A DNA stretch of 64,000 nucleotides, taken from Chrysomallon squamiferum (lineage: Eukaryota > Animalia > Mollusca). Below, in pieces: positions 12,658-28,500 of this stretch (its first letter is position 1; each line of letters begins with the position of its first letter). The translations under genes and the position numbers were made by a program. The notes beneath the pieces were generated by a model, which was not told where the DNA came from, made no database searches, and worked only from the letters and a program-made list of their open reading frames with translations. The stretch covers positions 19,592,001-19,656,000 of the forward strand of contig CM022665.1 in the NCBI GenBank assembly GCA_012295275.1, given 5' to 3'.

Positions 12658-15445
12658 GTAAGGTGACAAAAGCCACACTTTCAAGATTAACTGGTTTACT
12701 TTGTTTTTGTTTTATTTCTTTTTCCAGCAAAGAAATATCAGTAATTGCAACTACAGATTTTATAATGAAAATGAAATAAACAGTAGTAAAGTTAGCTTTA
12801 TCTTAACAGTTAATGATATTAATTTTAAATATAATAATAATTTTGTTCTTATCACTATTCTACACTGCCATTTTCACTTCTCAATCCGAAAACATGTTTT
12901 CTTATTAGAGGCTGAAACCCAGATGATTTCTTTTGATTCAGTGAATCAAATGCATAAACGGTATCTGTCTGTCTTTTTTTTTATGGGGAGCAATTTGTAA
13001 ACAAAATATTGAAGGGTATTTACTCATGTGAAGCACATTAAGACATGTTGCTTTGAATATGGCTGAAATGGTAAAATTATATACGGCTGACACATACTAT
13101 TAATAAAGTAGCAAATACCAAAGAGCACAGTATGATGAAACATATTTGCTAATCATAAAGAATTGAGCAATGGTGCCAGTATGCCTCTCTTAACTGTACA
13201 GTTTATTATATCGTTGGCTCATCAAGATGGTTGAATTTTGGTAGCCAATCAATACCCCTTATCTCTAGTGATAATCATTGATGTTAGTGTACTTCCCTGA
13301 TTGATTTTCAAGTGCTTCATGTAGAAAATTAACTGGCTAGCTAATGAACGTTTGTCTTCATATAAAAGTAATTATTGTAAATATACCAAGTATTTGTTAA
13401 GGTAGTTTCCACCTGTAATGTCAGAGATGGGGTTTCGTTTCTTTGTTTTTTATGTATATATATCTCTACTGAAGATGCACTCAAGCATTGCAATTGTATC
13501 TGATCTGCAATCTAAATTTTATCTTGGGAATTGAAGATATTATGAATATCAACTGTAATTATAACTTTAATGTTCACCTTTGCCTCTGGCTTAGGAGTGA
13601 CATCTTCAGTATTGCCCAAGGCTTTAACAACATGTTTCTGGCATTTGCAAATGTAATTGTATCTGTAGTCTATAGGATTTGAGACATTTTCTGGTGGAAC
13701 TTCAGTAGTCATGGCTTCAAACTGATGAAACCATTTAACTGTTGGATCATATATAGTATTTTGAACACATACATTTTTCATTTTATAAAACATTGAATAA
13801 TCTTTTTTTAAATGTGTTACCATTTCAGATAGGAAATACTTTTTGACACTGACTGCTTTTAGATATTTCGTTCTATACATTTTATCAGATATATTTATAA
13901 ATACTTAAATTCAAATTCTTTGATTATATTTTTGTTTATATATTTCAAATAATTAATATAATTTATGTAAAATACTTTAAAAATCCATGTTTTATATTAT
14001 ATATTTTTGTTTTATGTTTTTGTTTATACAGTATACAAAAGAAGCTGAGGCACGTATGCAGGTATGATGTTCAGATAAAACTTTTTTCTGTATATTATTA
14101 GTAAAACTTTTTATTCCCCAAATAAGCAGTTACACAAACAAGCTAACCTCAGTATATGACACCTCTATTTACATTTCATGCTGGTTTCTTTTAAAACATA
14201 AATGAATTTCTAATTGAATATTCAATAAGTTTTATCAACTGAAGATGACATACACTTTGAAGATAAATTATAGTGAAAGAAATCAGTCTTGTATAATTAT
14301 ATATTTTTAAAAAGTTAGCATTTGGCAAATTGTTGCACTCTGATGTGTGTTTCTTTCTTTTTTTCAAAAAATATATTTTTATGGAAACCCTGTGATGATG
14401 GCTCAGTGTCAAGAGTGAATATATAAGCCATAACTGGTCATGGAATAAATGAATTTAGTTTATTTTCTGCTGCTAATATAAAAAGATAACCCATTGCATG
14501 GTGGCAGCAGATTTCTTTTCTTTTTATCTGTATGGTCTTTAACCATATATGATGCCACACAACCATTTATTTATTGACAGAATATCTTGAATACAGTCTG
14601 CATTAATTTCATGAAATTTAGCATTTTTCTTCTCATGGGATTAATGCAGGAATTCTTATCAATTAACTAACTCTATTCCTTTAACATTCAGTATTTTGGG
14701 CTCATCAAAATCAGCAACAAACTGTTATTAAATGCTATGAAAATGGAAAATAACCCGAAGTGACACTCACTTTTCATTATTTAAGGTTGACAAAATGTGA
14801 GGTAATGAGACAGTATGGCACAAAAGATGAATTCTGGTGCATTGTCCTGATCTTTTTATAATGTGCAAATAAAATTATATTGCTTTTAATGTCCATGCCA
14901 GAGAAGACAAGAAAATGAAGCATTAGATTTTTATTGTAATTTTTTTATTTTTTTTAAATTATGTGCATGTCAGTTTACACTAAGAAAGAAAATTGAATAA
15001 GAGATTTTTCTCCTTTTTATAGCAGTTCTGCCTTTCTTTTCAATACTAATGAACAAATTCAACAATTTTGTTTTGCTGAACTTATTTATATTTTGCATAG
15101 AAAATTATATATTTTAACACTGCTGAATAGATTTCTCAGTTAAAAAAAATTAATAATCTAAGTTTTAAAAACAAACAAACAAAAAGATAAATTTTGTCAT
15201 GAACTAGTTTACTTTGTTTTTGCACTACTTTTGGCTAAGCACACAAAACAAAATTCCCATATGAGTACTAAAAAGAAAAATGCATTGAATTGATTCAGTA
15301 CTTAAGGTGCAGAAAGGAAAAGAAATTCCATTAAAATATTTTTTAAAAAGTCATATTTGACATGAATATTGCTCTTAGAGACCCTGGTGCCAGAATTAAC
15401 GGCATCTTCTCCATGTTTCATTCATGCCAAGAAAAATGTATTGCC

Positions 15446-15480
<35 letters not shown>

Positions 15481-18400
15481 AATATAATTTTAATTTACTG
15501 AAAATCAAGCTGTAACAAAATTAATGATGTAATACTTCATTTTACTTTCACTTTTTATTGATAATGAAATTTTTTTTTTTAAATGTTTCTCTCATTGATT
15601 TTTATTAATAACACAATTTATTATCATCATTTGCTTTTGACTTTTTCAGAAACAAAACTGTATTAGAGGATGTAGTTTGGCTTTGGATATATATGCCAAT
15701 GAAATAAAAGGTAAGATACTTAAATTATATAACATACCCACACATAGAGTAACATGCACATGCACATATTATTTGTTTGATCCTTACCAATAAGAAGATT
15801 TATTTTTAAACATGGGAATAAACTGTAGAAGAAGATAATAAAATCTGTCGGTTTCTTGCCAAGACTTAATGCTGATCTGTAATTGTGTAAAGAATTGAAA
15901 AACCAATGTTTTACGCAATTACAGATTGTCAGTATGGTTAATTGTTTTTATCTTAAGGAATTATTGCAAAAAAGAAAACCTAGTAAACAACTGTTTAACC
16001 TTCTTCTGATTGTGTTTCCAAATTAAATTATTTCAAACTGACTGCAGAATTTAAGAAGTAGATTAAATCTCTGTACTAACAAAAGCAGTCACTGGTAACG
16101 AAAAAGATTACAATTTTGTCTTGTAATCAGATTGTTTGCTGAATTATTTAAATACCAGGTTATAGTAATGGCACTGCATATAATCTGTTAGTACTTGATG
16201 CCATTAAACACTGAAAAGAATTTTTCATTAATAATCAAGCATGTTAAAGTGACTAATTAATGAAATAAAGTAAATACTTTCCTTATTTGGCTGTATTTGC
16301 TCTGTATGATGAAAATTATAATTTAAGCAGTATAGTTCATTTTAACTGTAAAAGTACCTGCAAAATTCTGATATAAATAGATTGGTTGCACACTTTAATA
16401 GTAAGATATGATCCATTTGGTTTAATTTCAATTTGATTATTGCAGAAATAATTTAAAATACAACTATAGATTCAGGAATATCAGTGTTGCTTAAATTATT
16501 ACAAGTTTGATTATTATTTCAAAATGTTCTCCTTAGAATTTCATCTGTATTTGAGAATTGTCTGTAAGTATATGCTTTTGCTCTTCCAGTTCATCTTGAA
16601 CCTCTTCTAAAACCAGATTTAATTCGTGAAAGCAAAAACTATTCTTCAGTGATGCTACAGTGGAATGGGAAAATATTGCCAGATGTTACATATATGATGC
16701 AAATTCGAATACTGGATATTCATCAGATGAGCTCTGATTGGCAAATACATAATGATTCACAATTCTTAGCAAATGGAAAAATAGCAATATCCAATCTGCA
16801 CCCATATGTTACATACAAAGTAAGAAAAACTTTTGGTTTTAATATTTTTTTCAATTTAGCAATAAATTATCTTGAAGAATATATGTTTTATATAACATAG
16901 TGTAAGTATTTATAATAATTCTATCAAAGTGCTAAAAGAAGTAGAAATTAAATCAATATAGGAAATTGTTAGTAATAAATATGTTTAATTTGCATTTGGA
17001 TACTATAATACTCAAGTATTAACAGGTAGGATATTCATAAATAAGAATAACAGATCAGGTTATCTTCAAAATAATAATAAATGATTATTGACTTTAATAC
17101 TGATTTATTCATTGTAACAGTGTATTAAATCAATTTTAAACTAAAACAGATAATAACAAAATCGGCAGTTGCTTTCTTCTATATAAACAAAACTCAAATG
17201 GATAAAAAAAAACCACTTAATGTTACTATTAAAGTAATTTGGTTACATGATAGAAAAAGTTAAAAATATTCACAGGTTGTTTACACTGGCTGCTTGTTTA
17301 GCCATTAGGAAATGTAACTATTCAGATTCAGTTTAAAGAAAAACACACTTCAGAATTTTATTTATGACAGCGATAAGAAAACATTGTATGAGACCAATAT
17401 TACAGATATCCCTGACAAATTTCCAATAATCACAGTTGAAAGAAATAATCAGAAATGGTTCAGTATAAGGTGACAATATTTAGTAATTATTTTATGGTAT
17501 TGCTATCTTTTGGCCATGCAAAAATATATATTTTATTATTCGGTTATATTCTGATTAATGTTTATCTGAAATTGTGTATCTTAAAATAATTTGAAACATA
17601 CAAAACTGTTATTCATTTTAAGCTTACAGTTAGAATGGTTTTACTAGATAGATAATTTTAATCTCATGTATGCATTAAATGTCTATAATTTTACAATAAT
17701 TATCCATTAAGGTAATTATTTCCTATCATGTTTAACAGCTACTTTTCTTAGAAATTTAAATGACTGGATAACATATGTTAAGTACTTTCATATTTATTAA
17801 AGACCATATTTTATTTGTTAGTGGTTCCTATTTCTTCCAGTACCTCTCTTAGCATGTTCCTATTTTTGTTTGAAAATTAAATATTTTTATCTCTAAATAT
17901 ATACAAATGATGCTGTTACAGAGATCAGTTTATTGATTCAGTTGGAACATGTTGTTATTGTCATGGTCTTGACATGTGACATGTACTAACTGTAATATGA
18001 AGACTTAATTGCAGATAATCATTTTTGTTTAGAAATGACAGCCCTGTTAGAAAACAAATGTTTATTTTCTTGTCTAAATTATCTGATTATGATATGCTTC
18101 TGTCGTTTTTTTTTTTGTTTTTTTTTATCTTTTCAGTTCAGAGTTCTTGCAGTAATAACACCTCTGCCTCAACATGTTGCAGAGTCACCTGCAACTGTGC
18201 CAATAACTACACTGCCTCATGGAGGTGAGTGTTAATAAATATTCCATATAGTTACTGCTTATATTTTATAAAGTATGATAAAAACTATGTAAAAGTCACG
18301 TAAGAAAAGAAATTCATAGACATTGTAAACTTACCCTTGTAATTTAGCATGTTTAATTTTTTTTTTCCCAGATTTATTTTGAGAAAATAAAGTTATTCTC

Positions 18401-19567
18401 TACTATTTTTATTATTGAAAATTGAGTCCATCTAATTGAAAAAGTAGCCTATAAATTGTTTTAACAAAATTCAGACATGTTTTTTTTCCACACCTAAAAA
18501 CTTTTTTTTTTATTACTTAACTTTTCAATTAATTATTTAGTAAATACTAATTACTGTTTATAATGACATCACTGCATATGCAGGCCTCTCAAAATGATTA
18601 CATTTGTCTTAGTTTTAACATGTCTCTTAAATTTTTTTTATTTAATAATAGCTTAAGGATAAAAATGTAAGCCTTATTTTATTATATTTTGTTTTCTCTA
18701 TGTATTCTGAATAAGGATATTTCAAATTAAATGCTTTTGAATAATTTACTGAGTTTTATTATTACACTGATATACATTATTATATTTAACAAAGTTTGAT
18801 TTATATACATCACCACAGAGCTGTTACTGGTAATCAGTATTGAATCATTATTTTTTAGTGGATAATTGCCACAAACTTGTTGCAAGATTAATTTTTTTTT
18901 CTATGGTTCTGTTTGGTTAATGTAGCTTTTGACATTGCTAAGAGATACTACTGAATCCTATCATTTATGGTCACTACTGGAATCATTCTTGGATAATGTC
19001 CAAGAAGTAAAAATTATTGATTGACTGACTGTATATCTTTGGTAAGACACAAAAGTGGTCAGTTATAGATTAATTTTCCAAGTGTATAGGATTAAATTTG
19101 CCATTGCAAATTGATCTTCACAATGAAGTCAACAGAGAAATTTCTAGCCACTCCTTCCTGTCGTAGAAACTATTCTTTAAAAATATTTCAGACCATTATT
19201 GTACATTAATAAAATATTACTTAATCTCCTTAATATTATTTTTTTAAATCATAAGAGTTTATTTTACTGTCATACTTAACAAATATAATTCATTTATTAA
19301 TTTATATTTTTTTTATTTTTATTTTTATACATATTGATGAAGCATATTTATAGGTATCATTTTTATTCTCATAATATTCTGAAAAAAAAAAAAAAAATTG
19401 TGATTTCAGGCATACTGATTCTCAAAACAATTTATGAATTATGTTTATATGTAGCAATATGTTTTGTTTCTAATCTTGATGGTCCTTATAATTTGGTTAA
19501 AAATGTGTTAAGTACATTGCTAAATAAAATATTTTTTATTTCTTAAAGTTAAAAGGAACCTTTTCTG

Positions 19568-19599
<32 letters not shown>

Positions 19600-22500
19600 T
19601 TAATTATTTTTTTTAATAACGTACAAAACAATATCACTGTTAATTTAAAATTGGTACAGTAAATACATTTATCCTCCATACCCCCATAAATTTAATTACA
19701 GTCATCTATCAAAAGTGTAGTTGTGAAAAACCCAAACAAGACAGACAAAATGAATGCAGCCACAAACTGCAATATTAAAACTCAGGAGAAAAAGGTATTT
19801 CTTAAAACAGTTTAAGCTGTTGTAAAGAAAGATGAATTTACTAGCCAATTTGTTGAAATATAAACAATGATAAAATGGACATCCCTGTTAGACCAGATTC
19901 TTGTATAAATGAATATAGAAGCCCTTTAGAGCCAGAATAAATAGAACAGACAAGACCAATATGTTGTGTTTGCATGTTTAGCATTCCAACTCTGATAACA
20001 CCCACATTACAGTCTCTTTGAAAAACTGTTGCATTTATCTTTTTGTCCCCAATGTCCATTGACCGAAAAGGTCAGCTCTCCCCCCCCCATTCTTCTGACC
20101 GTTTTGATTCAAACAGTGCCAAAAAAAATCTTATTATTATTCATTTCAGATACTTTGTGACCTATACAGATTGATAAAACTTTTAATTTTCTCTGTAAAC
20201 CTGAACAGTGTATTTTAATTAAATTCTTAACTGTAATTTTGTTTATAGTTCACAGATGTATACAAACAGAGAAAAGTTTAAGCATTAAACATAAAAGCAA
20301 ATTTATGAATTATCTGTTTAATATTTTAATGGACGTTTGTCCACTACACTGTTATTCAGCAAATGCATGGAATAATTATCCTGTTTGTTTAATCACCATG
20401 CTTTTAGACCATAGTTGTAATAATGATTATAGTGGCTAGAATTGAATAGTGTATTCAGATATATACTTTCCTTATGTTCATTGTTATTAAATTATAATAA
20501 ATAAAAATTTAGAGCATAATAAAACATTGTAAAAAAAAAAAAAAAATCATGATTTTTAAAACCAATTTCTTTTTTTATTCAGGTGAATAATACTGAGATA
20601 TATGTAAAACAGTGGTTAGAGAACTTTTACACTATAAAATCTTTACACTGATTCAAATTTTAGAAAATAAAAATAAAAGTTGTTTGATCATGTAGGTTGT
20701 CATAGAGAAAGAAAAAAAAAAAAAAAAACAGAATAACACATGTAAATGGATAATATGATAAAATCAATACTTTTTCATCTTTTCTTTTCTTTTTTTCTTT
20801 GAGTAAAGATGGGAAATAACCATCAAACCAATTATTCAATTGCTGATGTAAGAATACAGAATTTTTTAATTTGAAAATATTTAAATTGCAAATTGTAAAA
20901 GAAACTTAAAAAGATATCCTTATCAGAAATTACAGCTCATTTATTTACTACTTAGAAATTGAAAGCTATTGAATTTAATGCTTTGTCAAATGTTTGAGAT
21001 AGGGATATTCTGAAAATAACAACAGAAGATTTTTTAACATAGGGATAATACATTTTGTTTTGTAACTTTTCTTTTTTCTTGAATAATGATTTTCTGAGTT
21101 AATGATTTTATCCGTGTTTTTATTAAATTTAAGTAGTGTGTGTGTGTGTGCACGTTACATTTTTCTTTCTTGTGAAGATATCCATTTTGACATATTTTGT
21201 TACCAATTTTATTTGGAAAACAATTTTATTTTATTTTTTGAAACAACATTGATTTTTTTTTGATTTTTTGAAACATTAATTCCACAATTAATATGATTAT
21301 GTTTAGAAACTGTTTTGTGCCCTTCTGCTTTTCCAGTTAAGTTTTATTTGGTTAATGATGTATAAATGGTAACAAGAGGAATTTCCCTTCTGAGCATCTT
21401 GACTAAGTATCATGTAATTCTTAGTCTGACAGCTATTGATTAAACTGAAGTGTCTTAAAGAACAGAGGTTAAATATAAAGTTCTTGCCTGGAATTTATTC
21501 TTTTATCTAAAGTGCAGTAACTGTTTGTTCTATTTCTGTTTAATGACTTAATTTGTGTTTTCCAGTTCCAGCCAATGCACCCACAATTACAAGTATTTCT
21601 GCTCCATCTCCATCAGTGATTTCAATATCATGGAACCCACCACAGTTTGCCAATGGTCAACTTGTTGGATATCGAATAAATGTCAATCCACAAAACCATC
21701 CCACTCTGAAACCAACAACAAAAGATCTCCTGGGAGGTGCTACATCATGGACAGTGGGACAGCTACAACCATCACAACGTTACATGATTACAGTATCTGC
21801 ATGGAATGCTGCAGGAGAGGGGCCTGCTGATTCCAGAGCCATCATTACCCCTAACCCTGGTAACTGTAAGTTTGTGTGGCTTTGCATGCTAACTGTGCCC
21901 TCTTAGCTGTTGATTGGAGAAAGTGGGTGAAAATGACTGTCAGTTGGCAACAAGCCACTGGACTGGGTATTTGGCAAATTGCATCAGTTAAAGAAGCACG
22001 TAAAAAAAAAAAAATTGTATAACCATGCATCTGATTGGCCATTTGGTTTCTTGATACAAATTTTCATATTGGGCAAATGATATATAGAATATTTATTACT
22101 TTATTGGTTGCAGTGGGATTTTAGTTAAAACATACCACAGAGTTTTCCAGATTCCCTTTGCTTTTGTTGAACTTGAGTCTTGAAAAAGTATGCATAACCT
22201 GTATTTGATATTGGGTTGGTACAAAAAGAAGAAGAGAATGCATAAAATACTGATTCTAATGACTCTCTTTATTTCAGAACATCTGTGAATGTATTCCATA
22301 AACATATTTCATGTCTTGAGTTCTCAAGTTTCTGCATTTAAAAATAAAATAAAAAAGCAAACATTAAAAATTGAATACACTATTGGTGTATCACAATAAA
22401 AATAAATGTATGTTTTTTTTTTTTTTTTTCATTTACAGCTTTAACACTATAGAAAAGAATTACATTCATTATTTTATTGTTATATTTTTGTGTGACATTT

Positions 22501-25500
22501 CATCTTTCATTAGAATATCTTCTCTTTTTTTTTTAAATTTATTTATTTAGTTATTGGTGTGTGAATAAATAAACTAATTTGGAATATATAAACAATTACT
22601 TTTCTAAAATTTATTAAAGAAATTTATTTATGTATTTTTCATATCAGATAGCTTACAATTATTATATGCTTGAAAATATTAATATTTAATAAATTTTGTT
22701 TAGAAAAAGTTCTGTCTGGAATAGTTAAAAATACTTTTATCACAATTTTTCCTTTGCTAATTATCATAAAGCACTTATTTATTGGCTGCTTCCATATCTT
22801 AAAATGTATCTGCTGAGTTTATTTAAAATAATTTAATATATACTAATAGTACCTCTTAACATTAGAAACATTTTATCAAAGCTTTTTTTCTTACATATGA
22901 GTATATTTATTCATTTCTTTAAGTTGATAATGCACAATAGTTTCTTAAAGAATGCATGATGCATGCTGTGTTAATATGCCACAGTAAGACCATTAGCTAG
23001 TCACTTAAAATGTACAGTGTAGACAGAAGTTATATATTTTCATGTTCTTTGAATCTGCATGAATTTAATTGTTAGTGTTGTTTCATAATACCATTATCAA
23101 TGAATTACCAGAAATAAGAATTGTTTGTTAATAGTTTTGTACACCATATATATAGGACTGTTTCAAGGTAGTTAAGAATTGGTGAATTTGTGTAAGAACA
23201 GTTCGTAATGTTACTTTATCAGTCAGTTATTGTTTTTGGTTTTTTAAATCCTTTATTTTACAAGGTATTATTGTATTTAATGTAATACTGCTTTACATGT
23301 TTGTTATGTACCAATGTAGCCAATTATTTATTTTTTGGAAATTCTGACCACATTTGTCATAAGACACAAGCAGTATATGATCATATATGTACAAAGTAAT
23401 ATTTCTATTTTATAATAATTTATATTACATTTGTTACCATAATACTGTTACTTGGAAATAGTTACAAACATTCTCAGCAAAAAGCATATTGGTATCTTAA
23501 GTTTACTTACATACTTGATCCACTTCCGTAGTTATTTGTATATTAAGATTATTATTATTTTAAATAATATTATTATATAACTTGTTACTGAACACATCAT
23601 CAAAGTTTTATAGTTTTGATGTTAAAATTTATTTTTATCAGTTGCCATAAAATTAAAACTATCAATGAAAATAATAAAATAAAACATTAAATAATTTAGA
23701 AATAATGCTGTTACCATAAATGAATTTATTTGTCACATTATGTAGTTTGAAAATAAATTGGCAAAATCTGGTCCTCATAAATAGATACTTAACCAGGCAG
23801 TCATAATAATGACTTTCAGAGCGAGAACTGTGAGAAAACGAATAGTGCTGTTATTTTACTGAAACTCAATAAAGGAAAGCCTGAGACATTTCCCTGCTTC
23901 ACATCTTTGCTGACAGATTAGTTTCACTTGTATAAATTGGTTAATCTAAGCCCATCAGTGAAAGCTGAAAACAACCTTGACTACCTTTGATATTTGTGCA
24001 GCTTTGTAAATAGTAACATAGACTGTTGATTAAAAGCAGGAGTACTTTCTGTCCCAACTATTTTTCATTAATAGTTGTTATGCCTTTTTTTTATTTTTTT
24101 TTATTTTTATTTTTATTTTTTATTTTTTATTTATTTATTTATTTATTTATTTATTATTATTATTATTAATTTAATAGAATTAAAATCTGAGAGAAGTAAT
24201 TTACTAGAAATGTTTTGATTACTGATTTAGGACTATTCTTCTATAGGCTTCTATTTAATGGTGATATTAATTATATTTCTTACCTTCAAAAAATAATTTT
24301 TGTTTTGTTTGTTTTTGTTGTTGTTTTCATTTTTTCATTCATAATATATTTTGGTAATATCTCCCGATCACAGGTTTTTAATTAAATAGGTGTTCATATA
24401 TATTTCAGTCATTATCAAAACTGAAGACAAGAAAAAACCCTGCCCATGTAATTATGTTTACTTTTTGATTTGATCAGAAAGGCAAAAATAGTTTTGTTAG
24501 CCTCATACACTTCATTGTTGTTGATATGCCTACATTTTATGGTGTGCCTCTGTAAAATTTCTAAGACAATCTGATAAAATTGTGTAAAATGTCATTTAAA
24601 AAAAATTCTAACATTTTAAGTTAATGTACTTTAACACTATTATATGTGCATTAGCTAGTTTTCTTCTGTCATTTGATACATTTCTAAACACATCTAACAG
24701 GTTATTCATAGCCCTATTTTCCTGTTTTCAGTAATTTTTAAAGCAGTCTTTAAATCTTTTTTTTTTAAATATGTAGCTCAGGAAATATTAATAAATATAA
24801 AAAAATATATATATAATACTAAAGAGAAAATGTATATTTTATTGCATAGAGCCATAATTAAAAAAAATTAAAATAAATAGAAATTATTTATATTTTTATT
24901 TTTAAAGAAATATTCAAAATGAAGAATGAGAACAGGTAGTGGAATTTAAAAAAAAATTGTATTAAATTTGATGTCAGAATTTTATGAATCGGATTAATAA
25001 GAAAATCGATCAGTCTGTAATTTGTGATCTTCAGCCTGTATATTCAGAGTATTTAAATGTTGCTAATTGATCATAGCGTAAACATGTGATATGTTGACTT
25101 GTTTCACACCTCTGAACTTAAATCTGTCAATCAGAAATACATGAGAGATCAGAGAGGTAACATAAGGTCACTGATATTTAAAAGAATATTTATGTTGTTG
25201 CTTTTTTGATATATAAATGTAATTATTATTGTTTATTATTATTAATAAATTTTTATTTAAATTTGCAAAGGAAATGAATAATAATTGTCATGAGTGGATC
25301 CAGGATTTATAGGAGGATAAATCTTTATATAAATTAATTCAATATGATGAAATGAAATAGCAGTGTGTGTTTGTTTTGTATGTGCTTATATATGTGATAG
25401 ATACATAGGTATATAGGCAGATACATAGGCAGGCAGACAAGTGGCCAGGCAGGTAGGTAGGTAGGTAGATGTAGTATGGCATCTCTTGGTATGTAGGCCT

Positions 25501-28500
25501 CTATGTGCAGGGCCACATTTAGATCTAGTGAGGATGTAAACTGTGGAAAGCTTCAGAGGCCCTTTTTAACAATTGTGGACAGAAAATAATGCTGTGTAAT
25601 TACTGAACTGAAACTCAGAAATGCATGTGTATGAAAATAAGATCGAATGAATAACTTATATTTTACCTCAGCTATCTAAAAAAAAAAAAAAGTACTTGGT
25701 GAAAGAAAAGACTATTCAGTATAAAGTTTTTCTAATTATTTAGTCACACTTAAAACTGACAATTTCACTAAGGTGCCACTTCATTAGCAGTTGACATTTT
25801 TTTTCACTGACACTTTAAATCATTGACATTTTACCCTGACAATGTTTTAGTGAAAAAATAATATATTAATTCAGAAATTAGATATACTGAATATATTTGT
25901 TATATCTTAATACACCTATAAGAACACTTTAATATTTGATTAAAGAAAATATTAGAAGCATTAGTTGTGTGTCATAATTTAATATTTTAATAATGCATCT
26001 ATTAGTATCCAGACCTAAATGTCTACAGTAATTTCTTATTTGTAACACAGATGCTTTCCTTGTACATAAAGACTGAACTTTAAACTTTATGGTGGCACAG
26101 TTAAGTGATCTGGTTGGTTGTTTTTGTCAGTCAGGTCACAGATTTACAAGACAAGAGTGACAGCTTGGCTCTGTGATCCATGGGTGTCTGCAATCTGATC
26201 TGATGTCTTCACTTTCCAAGCTGTGTTGCTTTATTATAGCTTCCTTGGAGGCAAACTTGTTTCAGTGACTGTATTCAGACACTTTCAATGTACTGTAAAG
26301 TTTGTTTGCTTTAAAAATGGAGATTGCATTTATATATGAACAGATGAAAGAAAAGAAAATACACTACCTTTTAGCCAGTGGTTACTTTTTTTTTTTTACC
26401 CCACAGTTTATTTTTAAATAAGCCTTAAAGTTATTTCTGTGTGCAAACATGGTCATTCAGCAACATTGAACAAAAAAAAGAGTTAGTTTTTAAAATGAAA
26501 CATGATTCTTTTTTCCCTGTCACCTATGCATTTCTTTTTTGACAGAGTATGTTTATTGTTGGACAGCATGGGGAAAGAACCCATCTAAGGAGGAAATTAT
26601 TGCTTTACCAACTGACCATACATCAATCTAACCAGTAATACAATAAGACATGTTTAATTTCTTGCTTTTCAACCAGGCTTGATTTGTTTGCTTGAAAATA
26701 GGAGAGTTGTTACAGGACCCATCTTTACTTGGTCACATGTCAGTCATTGTTTCTTTGTCTGGAAACTGAAGCCATGATACACCAATATCTTGTGTCAGTT
26801 TTCTTGAAGGCTTTCTTTTAATTGAACATAATGCATCAACTGCATTGAGAATGTATTAGGCAGTGATTGTATAATATGCTGATTCCAAGGAGACTACATC
26901 TACAGCTGGTTTACCTAGAATGCTTGTATCTATTTCAAAGTTGTTGTTACTTTATAACTGCAATTTATAAAATGCTGTAAAGTTAGAATTAAGGAATGGC
27001 ATTTGATTTTAAATATTATGATCCATCATTGTATTCCATTTATTCTAAGATCTTATTTCAGTATCTAATTTTATTTTAAAGACCTCTGAATAGAGTGTGT
27101 GTATATTTTTTAATGTGTAATTAATTATAATTTTTGGGGGTTAATATTATGTTTCTTTAAACCAATACAGCAGACCATTATCAGAGTATGAGTCAGCTTA
27201 AGAAAAACACACACACACACACAAACACACACACATGCATGCACACACAAACACACACACACATGCACGCACATGCATGTGTATATAAAAGATCCCTTAC
27301 TGCAATTTGGAATGTTGTAGCTTATTATATGGCAGCTTATATCCGCAGGTTTCTTTTCATGTCTGTAACCATGTGTATGAGGCTATAATAATAGTAAGTT
27401 AAGAACGTGTGAAGCAAGTGTTTATAGCAAATATTTCTCCTTTATTTTGTTCAGAAAACACCGATGCTTTACTATAAAGTATAGTTGTTCATCTGACAGG
27501 TTTTTTAGTGCAGTTTACATAGGAGTGTTGATATTATAGCTTTTTTTACTGGCAGTCTGAAAAATGTGTACAAATTATTAACAGATGTTCAGGTTATGTT
27601 GTTATTATTAATGTGATTCAGTAGTAGTTTTCAGCAGAGGGTGAAAGACTTAATGAACATATGTACAAAACAAAACATGTTTTTAATATGTTGTGTTTTT
27701 GTGTGTATGTGCAAAAGTTATGAAAGTAAAATATTAGTTTTTGTTTAGAAGTCTTTGAGCTAGTTTGCTGACATATTTTATTAATTTCAGAATTTTGTAA
27801 ATAGATTAATTCAGAAGAAGATACACAACAGAAACACGCAATTAATGATTCTTGTTATTAAATGGAAGTCAGAGTCTAGCCTCTGTTATTTAAATATTAA
27901 AACAGGACTGAGCAAACAAAACTTACCATCATTATTATTTATTGTTTTTCACAAAGGAAGAAAATCTTATTAATCTACATAGCAACAAAATGTGCTTTAT
28001 CATGCGAGAGGGACTACTGTGAGTGTAACATGTTGTTCTATAGCAATCCTTGACATGACCATGCTGACTTAATGGTTTGATAATATTTATTTAGTCTTTC
28101 CCCAGAAATTTAATTTCATTATATGAACTCAAAATTTTTACATATAGATATATTTAATTAATAAAAATGACTATATAAAGCTTTGGAAGTTCTAATAACA
28201 TTTATAATTTTCTCCCAAGTTATCTCTAAACAAATTTCTTTTTAATAAAAATGTTGTAATGATTAATACTGTTGGATTTATTTTGATTGATTGATTTATT
28301 TATTATTTATTTGTTTTATTTTATTTTATTTTATTTATTTATTTTATTTTATATGATTTCATTTTGAAAATAATAATAAATGTTTAGTGAAAACTATTTT
28401 AAATAATTTCCTTTAATATGGTTTTCACCTATCTTCAGGGAAATGTGTCATTTCAGAACTCCTCCCTGTTCAAATGACCCTATGACCTTTACTTTGTTTT

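Noticed and set aside
15379-15440. Exon-like [20 protein letters not shown] or [19 protein letters not shown]
   Set aside because: The Cys-containing frame has incompatible phases, the splice sites are weak, and the Cys pattern is already complete without it.
19841-20059. 72-aa minus-strand ORF
   Set aside because: No recognisable motif or splice context.
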